Shown in pieces: positions 1 through 8,732 of a DNA stretch of 64,000 bases; the stretch's first letter is position 1, and each line of letters opens with the position of its first letter. The stretch is taken from assembly GCA_036381215.1 (NCBI GenBank), contig DASVDF010000050.1, positions 29,379-93,378 on the forward strand. The letters run 5' to 3'. The DNA comes from Woeseiaceae bacterium. Lineage in GTDB: Bacteria; Pseudomonadota; Gammaproteobacteria; Steroidobacterales; Woeseiaceae. Under the pieces are notes generated by a model that was not told the origin of the DNA, did not search any database, and saw nothing but the letters and a program-made list of their open reading frames with translations. Made by a program: the position numbers and the translations under genes.

Positions 1-229
1 CCGCGCCGGCCAGCTCGGCGTGGAAGAGGGCGGCACGCCCGCCGCGCTGCTCGATGCTGCTCACGACCTCACGCGCGGCGACCTCGTTGCCGCGGTAGTG
101 CACCGCGACGGCAGCACCGGCCTCCCCGAACCGTCGCGCGATCGCAGCGCCGATGCCCTGGCTCGCGCCGGTAACGAGGGCCACTTTCCCCGAAAGACCG
201 AGCAACTGTGCGTATGCCGGTGGATCCAC
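1..229 (-). CDS. short-chain dehydrogenase/reductase (SDR), N-terminal part only; gene runs off the window start
   Basis: My reverse-strand translation of 229->1 reads VDPPAYAQLLGLSGKVALVTGASQGIGAAIARRFGEAGAAVAVHYRGNEVAAREVVSSIEQRGGRAALFHAELAGA. This has the TGxxxGIG Rossmann N-terminus of classical SDRs. The GTG start at 229 is inferred. Not in the ORF track because it has no ATG and is truncated. Confidence 0.7.
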   Translation of the reverse strand, partial: MDPPAYAQLLGLSGKVALVTGASQGIGAAIARRFGEAGAAVAVHYRGNEVAAREVVSSIEQRGGRAALFHAELAGA

Positions 230-326
230 GTACCTGCCCCGCGTCCCGCGTCCCGCGTTCCGACCAGTATAGTGCGCCGCGCCTCGTCATGGCCCGCGGG
301 AGCGCACCTGCCGGTATCATGGCCCG

Positions 327-1241
327 ATGGCATCGGGCTCGAAGAAAGTCATCATCGCCGCGCTCCTCGGCAATACGCTGATCGCGGTCACCAAGTTCGC
401 CGCCGCGCTGTTCACCGGCAGCTCGGCCATGCTCTCGGAGGGCATTCACTCCGTCGTCGACACCGGCAACCAGGTGCTGCTGCTCTACGGCCTGCGCCGC
501 GCGCGGCAGCCGCCCGACCCGCTGTACCCGTTCGGCCACGGCAAGGAGGTGTACTTCTGGAGCTTCGTCGTCGCCATCCTGATCTTCGCCGTCGGCGCCG
601 GCATCTCGATTTACGAAGGGATACGGCACCTGATGGAGCCGCACCCGATGACCGATCCGCTCGTCAATTACGTCGTGCTGTCCATCGCGATGGTGTTCGA
701 GGGCGCGGCCTGGACGTTTGCGTTGCTCGAGTTCAACAAGACGCGTGGCAAGCTGGGCTACTTCGAGGCCGTGCACCGGGGCAAGGATCCGACGCTCTTC
801 GTCGTGCTGTTCGAGGATACGGCGGCAATGCTCGGGCTGCTGGTCGCGTTCGCCGGCGTGGCGCTCGCGGATGCGACGGGCCTCGCCTGGTTCGACGGCA
901 CGGCCTCGATCCTGATCGGTGTGATCCTCGCAGCCACCGCGACCTGGCTTGCCTACGAGACCAAGGGCCTGCTGATCGGCGAAGCCGCGGGGCGGCGCGT
1001 GACGGACGGCATCCGCAATATCCTGCTCGGGTTCAAAGAGGTCCGGCACGTGAACGAGATCCTCACCATGCACATGGGGCCGGATTTCATCCTCCTGAAC
1101 CTGTCGGTGAAATTTGCCGACGATGTAACGGCGACGGAGCTCGAGACGACGGTGGCGCGCATCGAGGAGCGCATCCGCAGCGTCTATCCTCAGGTGAAGA
1201 GGATTTTCGTGGAGGCGGAGCGGCGGCCGGACCCCGCCTGA
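327..1241 (+). CDS. cation diffusion facilitator (CDF) family metal efflux transporter
   Basis: 304-aa track ORF. It has hydrophobic helices, the EGIHSVVD metal-site motif after TM2, and a soluble C-terminal domain typical of CDF proteins. Confidence 0.85.
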   Translation: MASGSKKVIIAALLGNTLIAVTKFAAALFTGSSAMLSEGIHSVVDTGNQVLLLYGLRRARQPPDPLYPFGHGKEVYFWSFVVAILIFAVGAGISIYEGIRHLMEPHPMTDPLVNYVVLSIAMVFEGAAWTFALLEFNKTRGKLGYFEAVHRGKDPTLFVVLFEDTAAMLGLLVAFAGVALADATGLAWFDGTASILIGVILAATATWLAYETKGLLIGEAAGRRVTDGIRNILLGFKEVRHVNEILTMHMGPDFILLNLSVKFADDVTATELETTVARIEERIRSVYPQVKRIFVEAERRPDPA

Positions 1242-1246
1242 GAGCA

Positions 1247-1891
1247 ATGACCCCGGACGCAGCCGCCACCAGCGCCGCGGATTTCCTGCCGGCGCGTCTT
1301 TCGCTCACGTCGCTGGCGGCGGCTGCGCGCGGTTGCCGCGGCTGTGACCTGTGGCGCGAGGCGACGCAGACGGTTTTCGGTGAAGGGCTGAAGCGAGCCC
1401 GGCTGATGCTGGTCGGCGAGATGCCCGGCAACGACGAGGACCTCGAGGGTCATCCGTTCGTCGGTCCGGCCGGCCGTGTGCTCGACAAGGCGCTGGCCGC
1501 AGCGCGGATAGAGCGCAGCGACGCCTACGTCACGAACGTGGTGAAGCACTTCCGCTGGGAGCCGCGCGGCAAGCGCCGGCTGCACAAGAAGCCGAATGCC
1601 GCGCAGGTCGACGCGTGTCGCCCGTGGTTCGATGCGGAGCTCGAGGTCGTCGAGCCGGAGGTACTGGTGTGTCTCGGGGCGACCGCCGCGAAGGAGCTGC
1701 TCGGGCCCGCGTTCCGCGTGAGCCGCGAGCACGGCCGCTTCGTCCGTTCCAACCTCGCGCCCTTTGTGACGGCGACGCAGCATCCTTCCGCCGTGCTGCG
1801 CGCGCGGGATTCCGCGGCCCGCGCCGCGCTGCTGCAAACCCTCGTCGAGGACCTGCGCAAGGTCGCGCAGGTCCTCGCCGGGAAGCGCTGA
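1247..1891 (+). CDS. family-4 uracil-DNA glycosylase of the UdgX subtype
   Basis: An in-frame ATG at 1247 lies 6 nt after the CDF stop, inside the artefactual 623-aa track ORF. Motifs seen: CRGCDLW (Fe-S Cys pair), GEMPGNDED (motif A), PFVGPAG, and the insertion HFRWEPRGKRRLHKKP resembling the KRRIH loop of UdgX. Confidence 0.8.
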   Translation: MTPDAAATSAADFLPARLSLTSLAAAARGCRGCDLWREATQTVFGEGLKRARLMLVGEMPGNDEDLEGHPFVGPAGRVLDKALAAARIERSDAYVTNVVKHFRWEPRGKRRLHKKPNAAQVDACRPWFDAELEVVEPEVLVCLGATAAKELLGPAFRVSREHGRFVRSNLAPFVTATQHPSAVLRARDSAARAALLQTLVEDLRKVAQVLAGKR

Positions 1892-1924
1892 GCGGGTCGG
1901 CCGACCGGCGCGAGCGGGTGCCGA

Positions 1925-2395
1925 TCAGGACGTCCTCTGTCCGCCGTGCACCTCGCCGCGCCAGCCGCCTGTCTCGCGCCCGCGGCTTTCGATGTATTGC
2001 TTGAAGTCTTCGACGGTGCTCTGCACGCGCGTCTCCATCGCACCAAGGGCGTCGGCGACGTTCTCGATCGCGCCCTGCGGCTCGTATTCCATCGCAAGCC
2101 GCACGCGGGTGCTTTCCTCGGACAGCGGCTCGAAGCGGACCTCGCCCGCATTCGGCGCGTCGCCGGAGACGCTGCGCCAGGCGATGCGCTGGTCCGGGAC
2201 CTGCTCGACGATCTCAGCGTCCCACTCCTTGTCCTTGCCCCACACCTCGGCGCGCCAGTGCACGTGCGTATCGTCGATCTGCCGCACCTCCTTCACGCCG
2301 GACATGAATTTCGGCAAGTCCTCGAACTGCGTCCACTGGTTGTAGACGACGTCGATCGGGCAGTTGACCTCGACGGATTTCTCGATCCTTTCCAC
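1925..2395 (-). CDS. SRPBCC (polyketide cyclase/dehydrase-like) family protein
   Basis: The C-terminal 156 aa of the 196-aa track ORF (VERIEKSVEVNCPIDVVYNQWTQFEDLPKFMSGVKEV...) look like SRPBCC. A GTG at 2395 is preceded by AAGGAG (complement of 2403-2408) at good spacing. The upstream ATG extension is Arg/Ala-rich junk. Confidence 0.75.
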   Translation of the reverse strand: MERIEKSVEVNCPIDVVYNQWTQFEDLPKFMSGVKEVRQIDDTHVHWRAEVWGKDKEWDAEIVEQVPDQRIAWRSVSGDAPNAGEVRFEPLSEESTRVRLAMEYEPQGAIENVADALGAMETRVQSTVEDFKQYIESRGRETGGWRGEVHGGQRTS

Positions 2396-2431
2396 TGCAA
2401 TACTCCTTGACTGCGCTTGTCTTCGGGAAAG

Positions 2432-2460
2432 CACGGCAGGCATACAAATTCCGTGCCGTG
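2432..2460 (-). terminator. possible hairpin terminator after the sulfotransferase-fold gene
   Basis: Inverted repeat CACGGCA (2432-2438) / TGCCGTG (2454-2460) with a 15-nt loop. On the minus strand it is followed by CTTTCCC, which is only a weak T tract. Confidence 0.3.
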
Positions 2461-2541
2461 GCACGACGCGGACCGCACGTCGCTCCGTACCCTGCCGGAC
2501 GGCCGGTGTCCGCAAGCACGCCCGGCTCGTGCGGTAACTTG

Positions 2542-3345
2542 TTACGCCGCCGTGTAAGCCTTACAGCGCCAGCAGGTCACGTCGGCCTCCGGTTCACAGG
2601 TGCCGAAGATGCGCCGCGAGAGCTCGTGGACCTCGTCGTCGAAGAGCGCTGTGAAATCCCGGTCGTGCTCGAAATGTCGCCAGCGCTCATGCGTGCGCAT
2701 GGCCTGTGCGCGACCGTCGTAACTCAGGCCGTCGAAGGAGCTGCCGTTTCCGGTCGCCGGGACCCGTTCGCGGCCCGCGTCGGTGAACGCGAGGCCGAGC
2801 GCCGCGGCGAGCCTGCGCCGATAGCTCCGGTCTGCGACCCAGCGGTTATAGCTGATCGCCACGCGCCCGCTGTCGAGATAGCGGCGCATACCGAGCACTT
2901 CGCGCGCGTGCTGTTTCCAGATGCGCAGCACGGCGCCTTGCGTGACTCCGCCGATGCCGCTGCGCATCCGACTGGCGAACAGGTTGTACGGGTCTCTCAG
3001 GATGATGAGGTCGGTCCGCCGAAGCGATTTCCCGACCCATTCATCGTGCCGGCGTTCGAATTCACCGCTCGTGACCGTTCCGAGAAAACAATCCTCGTAG
3101 CTCACGACGAGGAGATCCTTGCGCGAGTGCGCGCCACGGCGCTCCGCCGCTTCGCAGAAAGGGCGGTAGCTTGCGACGACGGCCCGGCCGTCGGCCATGG
3201 GGCGCGCGGTGGTGAAAGGATTGCAGCGCGGTTCCGCGCAGTTGACGAAGCAGGTGCGGCCCGCGGCCTGCGAGAGGATCCAGTGGATGATGGCGTGGTT
3301 GCCGCTGCGTGACATTCCCGTGATGCGCATTTCACGTCGATTCAT
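2542..3345 (-). CDS. sulfotransferase-fold (P-loop-like) protein, function unknown
   Basis: Track ORF 2542..3408, start trimmed to MNRREMRITGMSRSGNHAIIHW. MSRSGNH resembles the 5'-PSB loop and ILRDPYNLFAS the 3'-PB region of PAPS sulfotransferases. The match is weak and made from memory. An alternative start is at 3330. Confidence 0.5.
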   Translation of the reverse strand: MNRREMRITGMSRSGNHAIIHWILSQAAGRTCFVNCAEPRCNPFTTARPMADGRAVVASYRPFCEAAERRGAHSRKDLLVVSYEDCFLGTVTSGEFERRHDEWVGKSLRRTDLIILRDPYNLFASRMRSGIGGVTQGAVLRIWKQHAREVLGMRRYLDSGRVAISYNRWVADRSYRRRLAAALGLAFTDAGRERVPATGNGSSFDGLSYDGRAQAMRTHERWRHFEHDRDFTALFDDEVHELSRRIFGTCEPEADVTCWRCKAYTAA

Positions 3346-3509
3346 GGGACGGCATTGTATACGGTAAAAAACGTGCAGAGGCAGCATAGACCAATCCGGC
3401 AGAGACACGGGAGGGCGCCGGTTATGGTCGGCGGAAACCGCGAAGGGCGCGCGCCACGGCTATCCGGCCGTGCCGACGAGCGGCGGCGGGTTGGCGGAAC
3501 GCGGCGCGG

Positions 3510-4280
3510 CTACGGGCGGGCGGCGGCGCTCGTGGCGACTTCTGCGAGCTCGGCCCTGACGGCGGGCGCGACCGGGGCGCTCTCGCACCAGAACGTCTCG
3601 TGCTCGGGCGACTCGAGCACCTCGAAGCCGCTGCTGCGCAGCATGGCGCGCGCGCAGGCTTCGTTGGCGGCCCACCAGTTGGTGGCGTCGTCGGCGAGGC
3701 TGTGCTCGATGAAGCCGAGCTTCGGCCAGCCGGGCCGCGCGATGCGGTAGCGCTCGTCCAGCGGAAAATCGCGCGGTACGCGGCAGGCCGCCACGTCCGG
3801 GAAGGTCATGGTCTGGAACATCAGATAACGTGGCGAGAGCGAGCGCACGATGTCGAGCGCGAGCAAAGGATGGCGCAGGTGATAGGCGACACCCATGAAC
3901 CAGACGAGATCGAAGTGCTCGTGGAGCTCGGGCAGCCGGTAGACGGACAGCCGGCGGAACACCGGCGGCCGCTCCGGCCCGATCAGTGACGACGCCCAGC
4001 GCGCCTGGGCGAGATAGTGCTCGTCGATGTCGACGCCGACCACCTCGGCGCCGCGCTCGGCGAGCGCGAAGCTGTAGTAACCCGCGTTGCAGCCGACGTC
4101 GAGGACCCGCCAGCCGGAGAGATCGTCCGGCACGACGTGGCGGATGCGCTCCCATTTGCGCGCGGGAAAGTCACCGAGCGGATGCGCCGGCGCCGTCTCG
4201 ATGCCGCCGGGCAGGTGCAGGTTGTGGAACCATTCGCCGAGCCTGCGGACTTCCGCGACGACGGTGCCGGTCTCCTCCAT
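3510..4280 (-). CDS. SAM-dependent methyltransferase (CmoB C-terminal / Methyltransf_9-like)
   Basis: The real part of the 506-aa track ORF starts at MEETGTVVAEVRRLGEWFHNLHLPGG. SAM motif I is VLDVGCNAGYYSFALAERGAEVVGVDID. The upstream 250 aa of the track ORF is out-of-gene read-through. Confidence 0.8.
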   Translation of the reverse strand: MEETGTVVAEVRRLGEWFHNLHLPGGIETAPAHPLGDFPARKWERIRHVVPDDLSGWRVLDVGCNAGYYSFALAERGAEVVGVDIDEHYLAQARWASSLIGPERPPVFRRLSVYRLPELHEHFDLVWFMGVAYHLRHPLLALDIVRSLSPRYLMFQTMTFPDVAACRVPRDFPLDERYRIARPGWPKLGFIEHSLADDATNWWAANEACARAMLRSSGFEVLESPEHETFWCESAPVAPAVRAELAEVATSAAARP

Positions 4281-4284
4281 GTCC

Positions 4285-5331
4285 TCATTCCTTGCCTTCG
4301 ATGTACGCTTCGAGCTCGGCCGCGCGTGTCTGCCCCGTGTGCGAGGACAGCGCGCGTGCGCGCGCGGCCCGGCCGATCGCGCGGCGCTCTTCGTCGGGCA
4401 TTGCCCGCAGCCACGCGAGGACCTCGTCCGGTCCTTCCGCGACGAGGATTTCCTCGCCGATGCGGAAGAACGTGTCGAGCCCCGGCCATGCATCGGAGAT
4501 GACGGGTGTGCCGCAGCAGGCAGCTTCGAACAGCCGCACGCTCGGTGACCAGCCCATGCGGCGCATGTCGGCGCGGGTGACGTTGAGCGTGAAACGCTGG
4601 CTGCAGTAGAAGCCGGCATGCTCGCCCGGCGCCACGTGATCGACGTGCTCGACGTTCGCCGGCCAGGCGACGGTGTCCGGATATTGCGCGCCGGCGACGA
4701 CGAAGCGTCCGTCATTCCACCGCGACGCCGGCTCGAGCAGCAGCCTGCGCACGCCGTCGTGACGGTCCTTGGACCACGTGCCCAGATAGCCGAGATCCAC
4801 CCCGTTCGGCACCGGGACGGGGTTGTGCGTCTCGGGATCCACGGAGCAGTACAGCGGCACCGGGCGCCGCGCGCCGAGCGCGCGCAGGGCATCGAGCGCG
4901 GCGCCGCCGGAAAAGCTGAGATACAGGTCGAAATGCGGGAGCAGGTCGCGCGTGAGGTACTCGCAGCGATTCTCCGCGAGGGCGGCGAGCGTGACCGGCG
5001 TATCGATGTCGTAGAACGCGAGCAGCGCATCGCAGCGCAGAAGCTCGCTTACGAGCGTGTCCGTCTCCGCCACGTATGAGCCGATGACCACGACGTCGGC
5101 GGCGGCGAGAGCCGTGCGCTGCGCGTGCCACAGCTCCCGCGCATGCGTATAGAAGTGCAGGAAATCGCAGTCCGGTATGTCGCGATGCGCGGCATACCAG
5201 GGCTGCTCACGCTCGTAGAACGCCACCTCGTGTCCGCGTTCGCGCAGCCCCTTCAGCAACGCGCGGTACGTCGTCGCGTGTCCGTTGCCCCAGGACGAGC
5301 TGTAGGTCAGGCCGATGAACGCGAAATTCAT
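4285..5331 (-). CDS. CgeB-like glycosyltransferase (Glyco_trans_1_2-type), paralogue 1
   Basis: 348-aa track ORF. N-terminal SSSWGNGHATTYRALLKGLRERGHEV and C-terminal LNVTRADMRRMGWSPSVRLFEAACCGTPVISDAWPGL. The stop lies 4 nt before the methyltransferase start. Confidence 0.75.
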   Translation of the reverse strand: MNFAFIGLTYSSSWGNGHATTYRALLKGLRERGHEVAFYEREQPWYAAHRDIPDCDFLHFYTHARELWHAQRTALAAADVVVIGSYVAETDTLVSELLRCDALLAFYDIDTPVTLAALAENRCEYLTRDLLPHFDLYLSFSGGAALDALRALGARRPVPLYCSVDPETHNPVPVPNGVDLGYLGTWSKDRHDGVRRLLLEPASRWNDGRFVVAGAQYPDTVAWPANVEHVDHVAPGEHAGFYCSQRFTLNVTRADMRRMGWSPSVRLFEAACCGTPVISDAWPGLDTFFRIGEEILVAEGPDEVLAWLRAMPDEERRAIGRAARARALSSHTGQTRAAELEAYIEGKE

Positions 5332-6422
5332 CCCGTGCGCACCTGCCTGCGCGGAGCGCCGTTCAGCAGGCGCTCGACGTCGAGCGCACGGTGCGCGTAG
5401 GTGTGCTCCGCCAGCATGCGCCGGCGTGCGCGCTCACCGATGGCGCGTGCCTCCGCTCCGCCGAGCTCGTCGACGCGCCGCGCGACCTCCGCGCCGTCGG
5501 CGGCGATGAGCACTTCTTTCTCGGGCTCCAGGAAGTGCGCCATGCCCTCCCAGGCGTCGGAGATCACGCACGCGCCGGCGCCGGCGGCTTCGAACAACCG
5601 GGTGGCCGGCGAATGGCCCATGCGCGCCATGTCGTCGCGGCTGATGTTGATCACGGCCTTCGCGCTCACGTTGAACGCGTTGTGCTCGCTCGTGTACACG
5701 TGTCCGACCCAGCGCAGGTTGGGCAGTCTGCTCGCCGCGTCGTCCCATCCCGCGCCGCCGAGCACGAACGTGCGCCGCGGGAGCCGCCGCGCCGGCGCGA
5801 ACAGGAATTCTTCCACGCGGTGCTCCCGATCGGGGAGGCGGTTGCCGAGAAAGCCGAGGTCGCCGGCGAAGCGCGCATCCGGCCCTACGGGAAAGTGCGT
5901 CGCCGGATCGAGCGCGTTGTAGATGACCTCGCACTGACGCGCACCGAGGGCGTGGTAGCGGCGCCGCGCCGGCTCCCCGCCGCCGTAGCAGAAGACGAAA
6001 TCGAACTCGGGCAGCAGCGCGCGCAGCGGGTCCGCCGCGTCGGCCTCGAGGCGGGCGAGAGTGGCGGGTGTGTCGACGTCCCAGAAGATCTTGCCGGGGC
6101 CTTTGCTGCCCGCGACCTCGGCTTCGAGCCGCTCGTCGCCGACGCCCACGCCGCTCGCCTTGACGACGAAATCGGCGCTCGCGGCCTGCCGCAGGCAGCG
6201 CCGCACGGCGGCGGTGTCCTCCGGGTCGTACACGACGACCTCGCCCCACGGCAGCGCGTCCAGGTCGCGGTGCTGCTGGCGCCCGAAGGCGTCGGGCTCG
6301 AACCAGCGCAGTCGGTGGCCGCGGGCATGCAGCGCGCTCGCCAGTCCGCGATAGTAGGTGGCCGCCCCGTTCCAGTAGGCGGACAGGATGCTCGAGACGA
6401 AGAAGGCGACGTCGAGGCTCAT
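5328..6422 (-). CDS. CgeB-like glycosyltransferase, paralogue 2
   Basis: Start trimmed to MSLDVAFFVSSILSAYWNGAATYYRGLASALHARGHRL. C-terminal INISRDDMARMGHSPATRLFEAAGAGACVISDAWEGM. ATGA overlap with the downstream gene at 5328-5331. Confidence 0.75.
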   Translation of the reverse strand: MSLDVAFFVSSILSAYWNGAATYYRGLASALHARGHRLRWFEPDAFGRQQHRDLDALPWGEVVVYDPEDTAAVRRCLRQAASADFVVKASGVGVGDERLEAEVAGSKGPGKIFWDVDTPATLARLEADAADPLRALLPEFDFVFCYGGGEPARRRYHALGARQCEVIYNALDPATHFPVGPDARFAGDLGFLGNRLPDREHRVEEFLFAPARRLPRRTFVLGGAGWDDAASRLPNLRWVGHVYTSEHNAFNVSAKAVINISRDDMARMGHSPATRLFEAAGAGACVISDAWEGMAHFLEPEKEVLIAADGAEVARRVDELGGAEARAIGERARRRMLAEHTYAHRALDVERLLNGAPRRQVRTG

Positions 6423-6432
6423 GGCTCGACGC

Positions 6433-7626
6433 TCACGGCGCGGGCGATGCCAGCGAGCCGGCTCCGTGGGCGAGCGGCAGTGCGCCGTCACCTTGCTTGC
6501 GTGGGGCGCTCGTGAGCAGGGCGACGACCGGCTGGTCCAGGCTGGCGCAGATGTCGAGCAGCTCGGTTACCCGATGCGCGCAGGTATGGCGCCGCTCGAT
6601 CGTCTCGCGGCCGGCGGCGGCGAGCTCGTCCGCCATGGCCCTGTCGCCCTGCAAGTCACGCATCGCCCGCGTCGCCTCGCGACCGTCGCCGACGACGAGG
6701 AAATCGCGTCCCGGCCGGAACAGGTTTTCGGTATCCGACCACGGAGCCGAGATCAGCGGGATGCCGCACGCGAGCGCCTCGAACACGCGGATCGTCGGGA
6801 TGCCGGGCAGCGTTTCCCGGTAAAAGCGCCGCGGTACGTGCAAGGTGAAGCGATGCCGGTGAAAGTGCCGCGGCACCTCGTAATTCGGCAGCCAGCCGCG
6901 GTAGTTGAGGCCTGCGCGCGCGAGTGCCGCCAGCGCCGTTTCGGGATAGCGCACGCCGTAGACGGAGCCGCGCACGCCGGCCATCAGCGCGGGCTCGACC
7001 AGGAATTCGTGCAGCTCGCGCGTGCGCTCGTCGTCGCCCCAGTTGCCGATCCAGATGAGGTCGTCCTGCGGCGAGGCGTCCGGGTCGCGCGGCGTGAACA
7101 CGCGCGTGTCGGCGGCTTCGTGCCACACCCACACCCGGTCACCCCAGCCGCGCTGCCGGTACACCGCCGCGAGCGCCTCGCCGAACACGAGCGCGCCGTC
7201 GAAATCGTCGAGCGGCAGCGCCGCGAGCTCGTCCGGGGCGCTGACGGTCCGATGGTGCGTGTCGTGGAACAAGAGCCGGTATCGCGAGCGCGTCAGCCGC
7301 CGGTGCATGCCGATGCGCGCAAACAGCTCCGGCGGATTCCATTCGTGGACGATGACCACGTCGGCGCCGTCGAGCGCGGCATCGAGGTCGAGGGTCTGCA
7401 TCGTGTAGCGGCGCGGCTGCAGCAGGGGATAGTGACGCCGGAACCCGTCGATCACCGCGACGCCTTCGTTGCGCACGAGGTTCCTGAGACTCCACCCGTC
7501 CGCGGGCTCGTAGACTTTGACGCCGTGCCCGCGCGCGGCGAGCTCGGTAGTGACGCCGCGCAGGAAATGGGCATTGCCGTGGTTCCAGTCGGACGTGAGC
7601 GAATGACAGAAAAAGACGAATTTCAT
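6433..7626 (-). CDS. CgeB-like glycosyltransferase, paralogue 3
   Basis: The real part of the 753-aa track ORF starts at MKFVFFCHSLTSDWNHGNAHFLRGVTTELAARGHGV. C-terminal LHVPRRFYRETLPGIPTIRVFEALACGIPLISAPWSDT. Confidence 0.75.
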   Translation of the reverse strand: MKFVFFCHSLTSDWNHGNAHFLRGVTTELAARGHGVKVYEPADGWSLRNLVRNEGVAVIDGFRRHYPLLQPRRYTMQTLDLDAALDGADVVIVHEWNPPELFARIGMHRRLTRSRYRLLFHDTHHRTVSAPDELAALPLDDFDGALVFGEALAAVYRQRGWGDRVWVWHEAADTRVFTPRDPDASPQDDLIWIGNWGDDERTRELHEFLVEPALMAGVRGSVYGVRYPETALAALARAGLNYRGWLPNYEVPRHFHRHRFTLHVPRRFYRETLPGIPTIRVFEALACGIPLISAPWSDTENLFRPGRDFLVVGDGREATRAMRDLQGDRAMADELAAAGRETIERRHTCAHRVTELLDICASLDQPVVALLTSAPRKQGDGALPLAHGAGSLASPAP

Positions 7627-8732
7627 GCGACGTTCTCCCTCGGTTCTTCTCGGACCCGCATCAAGGGCCCTGTTAGTTGTCGGTACTGGTTCGCATAGGC
7701 CGCGGCCATGCGCGCGGCGCTGTACTGGCGGGACCGTGCGCGCGCGGCGCGCCCGAGCCGCAGCCGCTCGCCCGGCCGGCAGAGCAGCCGCTCCAGGGCA
7801 CGGCCGAGGCCCGCGGCATCGTCGGGGCTGACGAAGAGGGCGGCGTCCTGCCACAGCTCGCGCAGCGTGGCGATGTCGCCGAGCACCAGCGGACAGCCGC
7901 AGACCGCGGCTTCCAGCACGGCGAGGCCGAACGGCTCGTAACGCGCGGGGTGCACGAATGCCGCCGCGCGCCGGAAATACTGGGCGAGGTCGTCGCGCGG
8001 GAGGCAGCCCAGCCGCACGAGATTGGGACTGCCGGGGGGTGCGGAGCCGAGATCGCCGGCGAGCAGCGTCGGACAGTCGAGCGTCGGCGCGAGCGTCGCC
8101 AGCTGCCCGAGGTTCTTCGCTTCGTCCCACGCCCGCCCGACGCCGAGGACGAAGCGCCCCGGCAGCCGGTCCGCGGGCCAGCGCGATGCGTCGATGCCGT
8201 TCACGATCACCGTCGCGCGCCCGTTCAGGTTCACTTCGTCGTAGCACTCGGCGGTGGCGTGCAGGTGGGCGTTGGTGGGCGCAACGACGCAGTCGGCGGC
8301 GGCGAGCGCGCGGATCACGCACTCGCGATAGCGCCGCCAGCTCCCGTCCGGGTCGCCGCCGCGGGTCGCCCGCCACCACGTGTGCACGCAGGAATGCGCG
8401 ACCACCAGCACCGGCACATCGAAGCGGTGCAGGGCCGGACCGTAGCAGTTGAGGTGCAAAAGCTCTGCGCCGCTCTCCTCGACGAGGCTGCCGATCCAGT
8501 CGGCGGCGCGCTCGACGTCGTCCCACGGATCCTGCATCCATTCGAGCCGGTAGTCGGCCTCGTACAGCACCACGTTGCGGAGCGCCGCCGCCTCCGCGCG
8601 CGCTTCCGCCCGCAGCGGGCCGCCGAGGCAGGCGAGTACTACTTCGCAACCGTGCACGGCCAGCGCGCGGCTGAGCTCGACGGAATAGGACCACACGCCG
8701 CCGACCGCATCCGTCGTCATCAAAATCCGCAT
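7623..8732 (-). CDS. GT4-family (GT-B) glycosyltransferase
   Basis: Start trimmed to MRILMTTDAVGGVWSY. Carries the ARYEPFGLAVLEAAVCGCPLV (E-x7-E region) typical of GT4. ATGA overlap with the next gene at 7623-7626. Confidence 0.8.
   Translation of the reverse strand: MRILMTTDAVGGVWSYSVELSRALAVHGCEVVLACLGGPLRAEARAEAAALRNVVLYEADYRLEWMQDPWDDVERAADWIGSLVEESGAELLHLNCYGPALHRFDVPVLVVAHSCVHTWWRATRGGDPDGSWRRYRECVIRALAAADCVVAPTNAHLHATAECYDEVNLNGRATVIVNGIDASRWPADRLPGRFVLGVGRAWDEAKNLGQLATLAPTLDCPTLLAGDLGSAPPGSPNLVRLGCLPRDDLAQYFRRAAAFVHPARYEPFGLAVLEAAVCGCPLVLGDIATLRELWQDAALFVSPDDAAGLGRALERLLCRPGERLRLGRAARARSRQYSAARMAAAYANQYRQLTGPLMRVREEPRENVA

Noticed and set aside
20-1891. 623-aa plus-strand ORF spanning the first 1.9 kb
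   Set aside because: Only its last 214 codons (from the ATG at 1247) look like a real protein, the UDG. The rest is Arg/Ala/Pro-rich read-through. It lies antisense to the SDR N-terminus and out of frame with the clearly genuine CDF gene (327-1241).
1892-1924. Palindrome GGTCGGCCGACC between the convergent UDG and SRPBCC genes as a bidirectional terminator
   Set aside because: The stem is short (6 bp) with essentially no loop and no flanking T/A tracts on either strand. It is too weak to call.
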